From Octopus vulgaris (lineage: Eukaryota): 64,000 nucleotides of DNA. The DNA is taken from positions 75,082,001 through 75,146,000 of the forward strand of contig OX597817.1 in the NCBI GenBank assembly GCA_951406725.2, given 5' to 3'. The translations under genes were made by a program, and so were the position numbers. How positions within the stretch are numbered: the first letter of the stretch is position 1; the number at the start of each line of letters is the position of its first letter. Below are positions 52,300 through 64,000 of the stretch, one piece after another. The notes below the pieces were generated by a model. That model was not told the DNA's origin. It was given only the letters and a program-made list of their open reading frames with translations, and did not search any database.

Positions 52300-53780
52300 T
52301 CGATAAATAAAATGAGATCGCGAAAATGGCAAGACCGGCCAACTTAAAATTGAAGTCAGCCATGATTGCAACGATTACCTCGTCCCGTCTTTCACTGTTC
52401 CAGTAACATCCAACAAGCGGAAGCCACCCTCCCCTCGTCGAAAAACATAATAACGATATTTCTTAACATGTGTATGCGTATAATAGATTCAGGATGAACC
52501 ATTTCAAAATCTATATAAAATTCGAATTATCGAGCTCGGAAAAATATGGATATTTTTGTAGTTTGTTTTTCTCATTACTTAAACTGCTCGGCATCTAGGT
52601 TCTAAGTTAATGTGTTTGATTGACTTTGAGTGTAAGTGAACGGGGAGTGTGTAAAGTAAATGCAATGTCGCTAGAGCCACGGCTGTTAGCCAATCGAATC
52701 ATCGCTGATGTCCAATCGAAACGCTGTCTCGTTCTCTACTTGTCCTATAGCATGATCGAGCAGCTATTATTATCCTGCAGTTTAAGGTTTTAGGATGACG
52801 GCCTTCTTTACGGCCTCCTCCTCCTTCCTCCCTTTCTGTCTCGCTCACTCGTTTGCTTTAACTCAGAACGACGCCATGATGCCTTTATGGAGTACACACA
52901 CTACTGCTGCTGCTACTACTGCCACTGACAGTAGAAGTGTTCTATGAAGAGAGAAGGCTAGGAAGTGTGATAGATAGATAGACAGACAGCTCGAGAGAGA
53001 GAAATAGAGGAAGACAGATATTGAGACATTAGGGAGGGAGAGTGAAAGACTGACCGAACTATATTATAACATAAAGCAAAAAGCAAGCTTTTTTCCACCG
53101 GCGCCATGACCGCCTCCTTCTCATTAAACGGGGGAAGGTGACGTTCTGACGACGAAATACTGATCTTATGCGAGAACCGAGATGATGTTTGTGCACTTAG
53201 TTGTTTATTAAGACCTACCAACTTCCTCATCAGCATCGCTTCATTGTCGACAGAAAGAAAGGAAAAAAGGCCTTTTAATCTATTTAACTAAAAAAAAAAA
53301 AAGAAGCAAGTAATCAAGGTTTGATATTGTAACTACCCCCTCCCATTTAATTCCATACGGAGGTGGGAAAAAGAAATCATCTCGCACACATACACACACC
53401 ACACGGTTCTATATAATATTATATATACACACATGTATACAATTATACATACATTTATATATGCATACATCTACACATAAACACATTACAATATAGTTTC
53501 TGGCGTCTTATTCACACTCCCATCAAGGATTTTTTCACGAAGCGAACACGGGGGTCTTTATGGAAAAGAAAAGTCTGCTTCTTTTCAGTACAACAAAACA
53601 GAATGGATTAGTTTATTTTATTTTTTTTCGTTCGTTCGTTGCCGTGCTTGTTTGAAGACGACGAAGACGAAAGAGACGGCGGAAAGGCGGCCACGACTAC
53701 GACAACCAAGCTCTCTCTCTCACCCAACTGCTTGTTATTTAGCCGAGCAGCACCTCCTGCTCGAACCACCTAGGGTACGT
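52300..53780 (+). promoter_or_regulatory. Likely KANSL1 proximal promoter / non-coding first exon region
   Basis: CpG-retaining and TE-free; two CCAATCGAA boxes at 52690 and 52712; YY1-like AAAATGGC 52323 and CGCCAT 52872; possible donor AGG|GTACGT at 53775. Confidence 0.55.
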
Positions 53781-54751
53781 GGCGAAATCACGTGGTACTT
53801 GCGAAACCTATTTTTATTTATTTATTTGTTTCTTTGATTCCGCTCTTTATGTTGTTTTTTTTTTTTTAAATATATAATTTATATATGTATTTTTGTTTCT
53901 TTAATATTCCGCTAAGCCTTTTATTTCTAAAAGCTTTTCAATTCAATTGTAAATTTTTACGAAGAGAAAAGATGAAAAAAAAAATGTGAAAGGAAAAAAA
54001 TAAACCCACCCTAATCCCTTCCCTTCACCCCCACAAATGTCAGCCTATCAAGATCTTTTGTTACGTATGTAGTAAGCATTATCTCTTTAAAAAAAAGCTG
54101 GTAGTTTTCCTGGTTTTAATTCGTTCTTTATTTTTGTGTAATGTGTGTGTGTGTTAAAAGCTTTTTCACTAGTCGTTTCTCTTCTTAGTTCATTTACGCT
54201 ATTATTATGTTAAAATTGTGAAATTCTACGTTATCATATATAAGTAGTATATTAATCTCCTCGTGTGTGCCTGTCATATATATCTATCTCTAGTGTGTGT
54301 GTGTATGCACACATTTGTGTTAAGTACCATGGTGAACGTGTGTGTTAATTATTTATCCGTACGTATGTATATATGTCTTTATTTTTTATTCGTTTCAGAT
54401 TCGAGTATGATCCCTTTCCGCCTTATTTTCATTCAGAATGGCTAATCTGGCCTCACGATTTTGCAAAATGACACGAATCACGTGCTTAATTTTACTTGAA
54501 TGATACAATAATAATGAAAATGCTGTAGGATTACCAATACAAAAAAAGTGTTTTGCCTTTTTTTTTTTTCAAAAAAAAAAAAAGGACCTTATTGTGCAGG
54601 AATACATGAATCTACATTTAATTTTTTCAATTCTTGACTCTAAGTGAGTCTTGAAAAACCCAGTCGTGCATTCTTCAGTTGTATAACTCCACTTTATGTG
54701 GTCATATAACGGACTTTTATGTGCAGCCCTTTGCCGCTAAGGGTATGGTGC

Positions 54752-56049
54752 ATGGCCGCTATGGCGCCAGCGCTCACGGAAGCGGCCACACAAGCACACA
54801 TTAAGCTGCCTCTTTCGCCACCCTCTTCCACAGATTGCAGCCTGCTCAACGGTCGGGATAAAAAACCAACAATTGGGGCGAAAGAAGAGTTCGGCAGTTC
54901 CGTGGCCAGATCACCCGTGGAGAAAGGGTTCGTGAAACCCGCCCTGTCTGGTCTAACGTATCTGCAGAACGTCAACGGAGGTTTGGCAAAGCCAGTAGTC
55001 GGCAACACGTCTGTTGCCGCGGCTGGTGGTGGTAGGTTAGTTCACCTGAGAGTTATTCGAAACCTGTCCAAGGAACCTTACCATCGGAGCGAGGTTACTG
55101 CCGCCAGAAAGGAAGGAGTTAACAATTCCACTAATACCAGGAATCAAATGAATCGACAGAGTTCCTTTTCACCGCGAGGATCTTTGGCTATGAATAATAA
55201 TATTAACAGTAAAAACAGTCTTACCATTACCACTACTACTACCACCACCACCACTACAACTACTACTACTAATAATAATAATATATCTAGCGTTTGTTTC
55301 AGTGAATATCCTCAGCAGCGCCTTAAGAATTCTCTCTCCATTTTGGCGTCTAAATTACAACGATCTCATGAAGGTTCGTCGAAAACGTCATCATTAATAG
55401 TAAACAACATGAATACAAACGCCATTGATAAACCTTGTAATGAGAGCAGCATTGTTAGTGGATCCGGAAGGAGTATTGAAGGTGGCCTTGATCTGCAGAC
55501 TGTCCAACAGCAAGTGGATAAGTTTCAATGCAGTTTAGAGAAGAAAGCGAACACTTTACTGAAACGATTACGTCGAATCCAAGGCAGGCAGCTGGAACAA
55601 CATATCAGGCACCAGTTAGCGGGTTTTGTGAACAAACAGCACAAAAACCTGCAGAGTATGGCTAAATCTATCAAATCGCCCGGCCCCAGCAATGTAGCCG
55701 TCGCCGATCTGAAGACAGAGTTGCTGCAGAGCGAAGACGTACGGAATTTATCCACTGCCGCCCTGGTCAACCTGGTCAGGAAACTGCAATCATCTCAGCC
55801 GATTTCGATCGGTCATCAGAGGCTGATACAGAACGTCTCGACTAAGATAGACTCCAACAGCGTGCTGAAACTGGACAAGGCGACATGCGAAGAGTCGGAG
55901 CGTGTCGCATGTCAATTGAACACTGCTCTCAGGCATATGGAATCATCTCTGGACTCTGATGCAACGGAGAGTAGTTCTGGTGGTGAAAGCTCTGATGAAT
56001 GCGAGTTTGGTGAAGTCGACACAGAAAAGAAAATCCAAGACATGCCTCT
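54752..56049 (+). CDS. KANSL1: KAT8 regulatory NSL complex subunit 1 (NSL1), first coding exon (partial CDS)
   Basis: N-terminus MAAMAPALTEAA, coiled coil LEKKANTLLKRLRRIQGRQLEQHIRHQLAGF and SLDSDATESSSGGES are KANSL1 hallmarks. Exon ends ATGCCTCT|GTAAGT (phase 2). In-frame upstream ATG at 54719; candidate acceptor TTTCAG at 54398. No further exon recognised in the window. Confidence 0.93.
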
Positions 56050-58701
56050 GTAAGTAATATTTTTTCTTCAGTATTTTTATTTTTGTAGAAAATAAATTTA
56101 TGTACATAATATAACAATATGAATGTCATCACTACTACGAACACGTCCACCTGCTGCAGTGAGTTGCAGCCGCATCATTAGTAACAAAAACAAAAGCCAT
56201 TTACCACCTTCCACATTGCGACATATTTGAAATATATTTCTTTGGCACAACATATATCTGTACAAACAAACACACACACACATGTATACTTACATCTATC
56301 TGTATATGATACATCCATCCCTCTATATGTATGTATGTGTATATAAATATACATACACATTCTCTCTCTCTCTCTCTCTCTAATTATATATATATATATA
56401 TATGTATGTAGTTTTACAGTTGTTGTTGGGGGGAAAGAAAAGCATCCTCTTTAAGCAGCTGAAGCCTGTAATGTTGTAAATAACTGATGTTTGATATTAA
56501 TGCATGTTGATTGAAATATTGCAGCAATTGTGATGATTCTTAGTAAGGAATGGTTGAGGATATTCTGTAAAATCAATGTGAAGAGTTTGTAGTAACGATC
56601 CTTTGCACTCGTCGTGTACATTTATCCACGTGAACTCCTACCTCTCGACTGAGCTTATCTCTGTTTTCTTTTTATATTTTCTCCTCCTCTTTTCGCTCTG
56701 ATCGATGTGTGTCATGAAAAGTCTCACGGATGGGCAGTTCTCTTCCATCACAAGGAGAAATAACTTGTCTATATTTCTAGTGTGGTGAAAAATGAAAGTG
56801 TGTCTATATATAATACACACTCGTTTGTACAGACATATATTGCAGACACTTCTGTAAACACATACGCGTTCAATGCACACACACACACACACACACACGC
56901 GCGCGTATCGCACGCTGTTTAGGGTAGTAAAAAAAGGAAAACGATTGTGAACGTGTTAGCTAAAATAAAAATGTACTGTTTCTTGGAATCATTTTAATTC
57001 TCCTTTATTACTGTTATTGCTATAATTACTTTTAAACCGTCTTTCTGATGTAGTATTTTTAAACTTGTCGCTAATTTGCGTGTTTGTAAGATTTTCTGTC
57101 ATTTCTTGCTTTTTTTAATCACACATGATCTGACCTAGTTAGTATTAGAGACGATTAACGCTGGGGAACAGTTATCTTGTCGGTATTTTATTTTATTTAA
57201 CTGTTGGTCTTTACCATTAATTATCGTAGACTAATTTTAGAACAGTCACACAACCTTGTCCGCTATTTATTTTTGAAATCCTGATCCAAAACATTGTTTA
57301 TTTTGCCTTTATTTGAAAGCTTGCACGAACTATTGTTACCTGCCTGCCTACCAAGGTGGTGTTTTGATCTACGCAAATCCTAATTTATTCTAATATCTGA
57401 TAACGTGTATCTATCACTCGACCCTTGATGTCTTTTTGTTATAGCCATAATCTGAAATGGTTCCTTTCAGAAATTTACCACTGGGGAACATGCGATATGA
57501 CGTCGTTTTCCCGCCATTAGGTTCTATTGAATTAAATTCATTGTTTTAAAGTGTCTCTTACTTCAGTTAATGATTTGCTTGCTAAGTGCTATTGTATAGA
57601 AATCCATAAATTTTTATTTTAGGGTCAGTAATTGTCTCAGTTGTTTCTCATTCTGTCAACTCTTTAATTGCTCACTATATTTTTCTCTCTATTATTATTG
57701 CATACTGTATGCTTTTCCCCATTATGCACTTTTATTCAAATAACAAAAACGTCTGGGCTGAATAAATACGGTTTTCAAATTCTGTTATGCGCGTGTTGTT
57801 GGTTTTATTTTCTTTTAGCAGGTCATTTGTTATACTGAATAGCATTTATGTTTTGCTTTTCTTCCTAGATCGTTTCGGTTTGTATTTAAAATTAAAATAT
57901 AAATAAATATTCACCTGTCCTGGTTGTCTCTTGTTCGAATTCTTCTACAGGTTAGTAAACAGTAAATAAATAAAAAAATGTAACGGGTATTTTAGATTAT
58001 TGAAACGTTACGTAACTGTTATTCTTAAATATCTTTCGTCATTTAATGGTTCTTGTCTTCAAGCCTATGTACCATTTGAAAGGCTTAGGGTTGTATATGT
58101 ACATATTTTTTCACATTAGGTAGAAATAGTTCTCAATAGTGATGTACATTTAAATATTAAGCTACTAAAAATCAACAGAACAGCGATATCTAGCTCCTGT
58201 TTAATTTCTTGTTAACATAAAACTACCTAAAATTTCTAAAAAAAAAGAAAAAAAAAGAGAAAAACTCCAAAACAAAAAGAAAATCTTATGGAAGTGAAGT
58301 ATAACATTTTAAAGGATGTTATAAATAATATTTCAGTTTATCCATTATCATCCCAAACCAGGAAGTTTGGCATATTTGAATGTTTGGACATCGAGCAGCT
58401 TTTTCGGCAATTGAGGCAAATATCTAAATTAATATATGCTTGATTATAGAAAAGTGGTTGTTCATTAAGGCGAAATGTAATGCTGTGTACTGAGAACTCT
58501 AGTTTTAGTTTCTTGAATCAATTGAAGCCGACTTCAAACATTTGAAATAGATGTGGAGGTAAACTTAGATTTAAATTTTGAAAAATGTTCATTTATGGTT
58601 TGGTTCTGAATCAATAACTGTTTTAAATGAAAGATTTGGTTGGTTCAGAATTTAACAAATTGGATCAATTTAAAATTGGATAGATAACATCTTTTTTCCT
58701 G

Positions 58702-59020
58702 AGGCGCAGGCGTGGCTGTGTGGTAAGAAATTTGCTTCCCAGCCACATGATTGCCCTGTTCAGTCTCACTGTGTGGCAGCTTGGGCATGTATCTTCTATA
58801 GCCCTGGGCCGACCAAAGCCTTGTGAGTGGATTTGGTAGATGGAAACTGAAAAAGGCTTGTATCTGTGTTTCTTAACAACTGGTGTTAATTTATGTTCCC
58901 TGTAACTTAGTGGTTTGGCTAAAAAAAATGCAAGTCTTGGGGACGATTTTTACAACTAAAAATCCTTCAAGGCGGTGCCCCAGCATGACCACAGTACAAT
59001 GACTGAAACAGGTAAAAGAT
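58702..59020 (+). mobile_element. tRNA-derived SINE in the KANSL1 intron
   Basis: AGGCGCAGGCGTGGCTGTGTGGTAAG head and GACTGAAACAGGTAAAAG tail. Confidence 0.85.
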
Positions 59021-62000
59021 AGAATTAAAAAGCTAAGTTGCTTTAAAAGAATTTAGTTTTAGGAAAAGTATCAAAATGTAACAGTTGTATGGTAAATTCC
59101 CAATACTCATAGCATCAAGGTATAATTTATAGAGAGTTGCAATGTTTGTGTCTTTTTAAAACAAATTATCTTAGAAGAGGCTGTTGTATTGTCTCTTTTC
59201 TATTTTCCTTCTTGTGGTCTTCCTCTTATGAATCTAGTTAAAATTGTATCTTATTTGTTATGGACTTCTGCTATTCTTTATAATCATTGCAATAGTGAAG
59301 TGCAGAGTTAACATGCAAAGTTTTTAAAGAACAATAGGCTATATATGAAATAATGTGTAATACTGCAGTTATATTATAATTACATATAACATGATTATAT
59401 TGGTGAATATAAATGCATGTCCATGAATACATATAGACTCGTGGATAAGGAATAGGATTTGAGTTTTGGAAGAGAGAAAGAAATGTTCAGTATAAATGTG
59501 TAATACAGTTGTAAGTAATTAAAAATAATGTGATTATTTTAGTTAATATGTGGACTCAAGAGTAAGGAATACGATTTGAGTTTTTGAGAATTTTTCTGAA
59601 ATATGCCTTGCCATTCTGGTGCTGCTCTTGTGTAGCTTTGGTCATGATGGCTAAAACTAAGGAGTATTTGCCTGGACATTAGAGTCAATACCCTGTGATG
59701 GGTGTGGCTTGTGACTGTATACTCTCTGCTAGTGACATCTTGAGTAGCAAAGTGGTAGTGTTTGTCTTCTACTCTTGTTTCCACATCAGTCAAAACCTTG
59801 ATTGAACAAGCTTATGATCAAAGACATTTAAGATGTGATAATCCTTTACTGAATCAGGATCTCTTTCTGTTTTTTAGGATATCAGTGAGTTATTTAGTGT
59901 AAATTTTGGCTGTTGGTTTGTGACTAAGTTGGTCAGTTGCATAGAAGCTCCTTCATTGTTTTGATAACTTTTTGTAATCTCTTTCAACCAGGTCTGGAGC
60001 AATTATTATGTACACTGCAGCACAATAGGTCAAACTGTTCTCAGTTTTGTATTGGTAGAAATTTGTAAACTTTTCACTTCTATACAGTTTCTTGTCATTC
60101 TGTCAAATACAATGTGCAGTATCTGGGAGAAATGTTTCATTTCCCAACCTGCTAGCATCACGAGAAGGTATAGATGGTATTGTAGGCTTTCTTCAAGAAA
60201 CCAATATTTTTGGACCATATAAAATCCACTAATGTGTGTGTGTGTGATTTCTTAGGTAACCTGTTAAAGTGAATAAGCTGTATTTCAGTTAGTTATATAA
60301 TTAAAATACATTTCATGTTTCAGTGAAGTAAAGCTTTCTATTCTTTAATTATAAAAAAAAGCTGTATTTGTTTTGATTTACTATAGAATGAATAGCAAGC
60401 AAATTTTTGATTCAATTTTTGTGTAGGTGTCATCATTATTGTTAATTAAGAGCAGTAGATTGGCAGAATTGTTTGAGCATATCATAAAGACAAATGCCTA
60501 ATGGTATATTCCTTCAAACTTTATACTTTTCTGTGTTCAGTCAACTTTGTCTTTCATCCTTTCAGGGTTGACAAAACAAAGTACCCATCATACTCAAGTT
60601 GATACAGTTGACTAACCCCTCCCCTAAAATTTTTGGTATTGTGCTTATTTTAATTAATGTGAAGAGGAAGGCATGGCAGCATATTTGGACTTAATACCTT
60701 GTATTTTTAGTCTTCTTCCTTTGTTTTAAGCTCAAATACTGCTAGGGTTTGATGTTAGAGAAATAAGCACAGGTTAATTTTTTATCCCATCTGTCCCCCA
60801 ATATGCATAGTCTTGTGTTACATATAAGTAATTTCTTTTCTATTTACTCACTGCTTCTTTTGTTTCTAGTGTCTTCTCAGAAAAGTTTGTAATATGACAG
60901 ATAAAAGGGAATCTTCATCTTCATATTGTCCATTTTTCCATGCATGCAAAACTTGTTTCAGCAGATTTTCTATAGTCTGATACTTTTCCTCTTACTAACC
61001 CTTCCCTTTTTACCACGCAAGGTAATATTTCTTCCATGGTTGGACATGTATGTATTCAGGGAAGATTGGAAATGAATGACAAGTATGTGGTCAACTCAAG
61101 GGTCGGGGACACACCCATATGACTATGATGGTCGGTCTTAGTTTCCATCTATAAGATATACCCAAAAGGCTTTGGTGAGCGGGAAGCTATACATTGTAGA
61201 AGGAATTGAAGCTGAACTCATGTGTTGGGAAACAAACTTCTTAATCAGGCAGCTGTACCTGCACCTATTAATGTGCGAGAGAAAAATCTTGGTTGATGGG
61301 GGAAGAATATCATTCCTGATTATTGCAAAAATATACTTTAAGAATAATCAAAGAAATATTTTAATTTTCTTAAAGCTGATTACCAGTTAAAGTAATTACC
61401 AGTTATGACAATCATGATCATTTGTGACAAATCTGTAAAAAAAAGATATTTGCAGTTGGTTTTAGTAAACATTTGTATGATCTACAAGCCAGCACGAGAT
61501 GGGCTGCTGCTGGATTTGCAAGAAATAGCCATCAAATTTGCCACAATCTATTACATTCTACTGTTTTAAAACAAGGATGGTTATTGGAATACCTTTGATC
61601 AAGGCTGGCTTCACACTAAATAACAAATAATGCAATGTTTAGTTTCTCTTTTAATATCGCTATCAAGTGTGGGTGTGTGGTAAGAAGTTTGCTTCTCAAC
61701 CACATGGTTCCAGGTTCAGTCTCACTGTGTGGCACTGTAGGCTGACTAAAGCCTTATGAGTGGATTTGATAGAAACTAAAAGAAACCTGTTGTGTGAGTT
61801 ACTGTTACTCTGCCTTCACATTATATGATAGCTGTAAATGAGTGTCACTGTCATGCAAGCAGTGTCCGTTGTTTCCAATATTCTGTGAAAACATCTGGTC
61901 CTAGGGAACTATAGCCTTACTTGGAAACAGGTGATGGCTGGTGACAGGAAGAGATCTAACTGAAGAAAATATGCCTTGACAAATTCCATGAAGAAGTGGA

Positions 62001-64000
62001 CATTAGAATAAAAGCTAATATATATATATATAAAGATGTTCTCAACAAAGTAGCTATTGATGTGTTTTAGAATTTGTTTAAGCTAGTGCACTAAGATATT
62101 AAGCTGTTAGTAAATGTATGCACCTAAATAAGAATATGAAGGTTGCAACATTTAGAATTTATAGAGATAAGAACTAGGCAACAATTTTTTTTTTTTTTTG
62201 CATTCATTCCAAAAACATTTTAGAGCTTCTAACTTTCAAGGCCATTCTTAGTTCCTGTTTCAAAGTGATTTAAAACTTTTCATTAAAATTTATGTTCCAA
62301 ACACCAGCATAATAATGAGTTATTTTGCTAAATTCTTCAAGAGATATATGGTAACAGGTTAAAAATGCTTGCTGTCATTTTCTTAAGTCCATTTGTTTTT
62401 CTATGTTGGCATGAGTTGGTCAAGTTATCTCAGTTTATATCTTGAACACTGCAATTGAAAAAACTGATGAACAGTGGTGTTGTGTTCATCTTAAAGTGTA
62501 GCCTGGGTGTGTTTTCATCCTGTTATCAGTTCCAGAGAGGTTGTGTCATGTACAAGGACTTGACATTCTATTTACTGTTTCAGATTTTATTTGATGCTCA
62601 CACCCTCCTAAATGGGTAAGCTTTTATGTAGATTGAGGAGTCCTGGCCACATGATTTCTTGATAATGGCCAAGCTTTCCAAATTGTCCAAAATGTGTTAT
62701 AAAGACTCATGTACTAGTGTACTTGCAATGTAGGATAATTCTGGTTGACTTCCATGTCCTTATTGTTAGTCATTAACATTTTAACTGTGAAATTTAATTT
62801 CTAGATTATTCTAGTAATGATAAATGTCTATTAAAAAGTAGAACTGGTATTTTCTGCAAGTCATATTGCCTTAATAAACTTGACATTCCTCAACAAAAGA
62901 TGGATTGGTATATAAAACTGCTTTCTGCAGTTAAGAGTTATGAAATGATGAGTGGTTCTGATTTCTGTGGTAAAAGGGTTGAATATTTAAGTTCTTGAAA
63001 GAGATGAAGTGGTTAAATATTGTGCATCTTAGTTTAGCATCTGGCTATTTCATGTGTGCAACCACTTTTTTTTTTTTGTTTTTTTTTTTTGTAGCTTCTT
63101 ATGAATATTGATGTCCATGAGCAATATATGAACAGTCATCGCCAATTGTGGCTCGTGTTGGACATTTTCTTTTACCATACATTTTGTATGTTTTTGCTTT
63201 TAATGTTTTATAGCATATTCTGATTAAGGAGTTAATTCAAACCAAAACCTTTGTCTTAACTAGTGTTAATATTTGTGCTGTATATATGCTATCATTCAGT
63301 AAGCAAAGATTGATTGTAAGCTAGTTTCAAGTTAAAAATATCATGTCGCTTGTATTTCTTAATGCCCTTCAAGACATGAATGTCACACGATCTCCTTTTC
63401 CTCCCCTATTAATCTGAGTTATCTTTGTCACTTGTAAAATATCTAGGAAGTTATGAATAATCAATCAGCTGAAAGATTGTTAGATTTATCTTATTAAAAA
63501 TCATTTAGAAAATGTATGTTAGAAATGGTTTCAATTTTCTAAAAGCATGCATCTTTTCATTTAATGTAAATTAATCATTCTGTGAGGCCCAAACTTGCTT
63601 TAGTAGCTACTATATGATGTTAATTCAATTTTGTGTTTAACAATATTCCCTTCCTAATAGCATCATCATCATCTTTTAATGTCTGTGTTCCATGCTAGCA
63701 TTAGTAGGATGGCTTTTTAGGATCTGATAAATCCAAAGACTACATAGTGCTCTAGTCTACTTTGGCATGATTCCTAATGCCAACCAATTTACAGCAAGTA
63801 CAGGATACTCTTTTCATGGTACCAGCATTGCTGAAGTTGTTGTGCAGCTTCCAAATATGACCTCCTTCAACTGAGTTAGGTTATAGTAGAGAGGGAAGTG
63901 ATTTTATGTTAAGTGATGATGGGTTAAAGTATAAGAAGAGCGGGATGAGATCAAATTTTTTTACTGTAGAGGAGCTATATGGCTACACACATGAGAGGGT

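Noticed and set aside
53146-53170. CTGACGA-C-GAAA as a minimal hammerhead
   Set aside because: No stem II and no convincing stem I/III pairing.
54694-55770. Antisense ORFs over KANSL1
   Set aside because: Shadow frames of a GC-richer coding exon.

Overview
AT-rich, repeat-dense animal genomic DNA. The SINE, MITE and microsatellite repertoire looks cephalopod (Octopus-like); this is an inference, not a database result. Host genes: a probable 3'-terminal coding exon of an unidentified + strand gene (9246-9612), and the large first coding exon of KANSL1/NSL1 (ATG 54752, donor after 56049) with its likely promoter at ~52.3-53.8 kb. The rest is mostly decayed Tc1/mariner, pogo/Tigger, hAT and piggyBac-type elements, CR1/L2 and RTE LINE fragments and tRNA-derived SINEs, plus a 100-N gap. 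The standout is a set of non-coding, very young tandem arrays: ~596-bp units at 4121-6397 and 643-bp units at 18809-20910. Each unit carries one type I hammerhead-ribozyme motif with an unusually long stem II. Both arrays are embedded in (TA)n tracts and have a 5' inverted (fold-back) arm. They share a second ~55-nt structured motif downstream of the ribozyme, although I see no other similarity between them. A third, solitary hammerhead lies at 6844-6924. Together these look like a (TA)n-targeting retrozyme-like / non-autonomous Penelope-like RNA mobile system. All RNA folds were read by eye and none is computationally or experimentally validated. Coordinates of decayed repeats are approximate.
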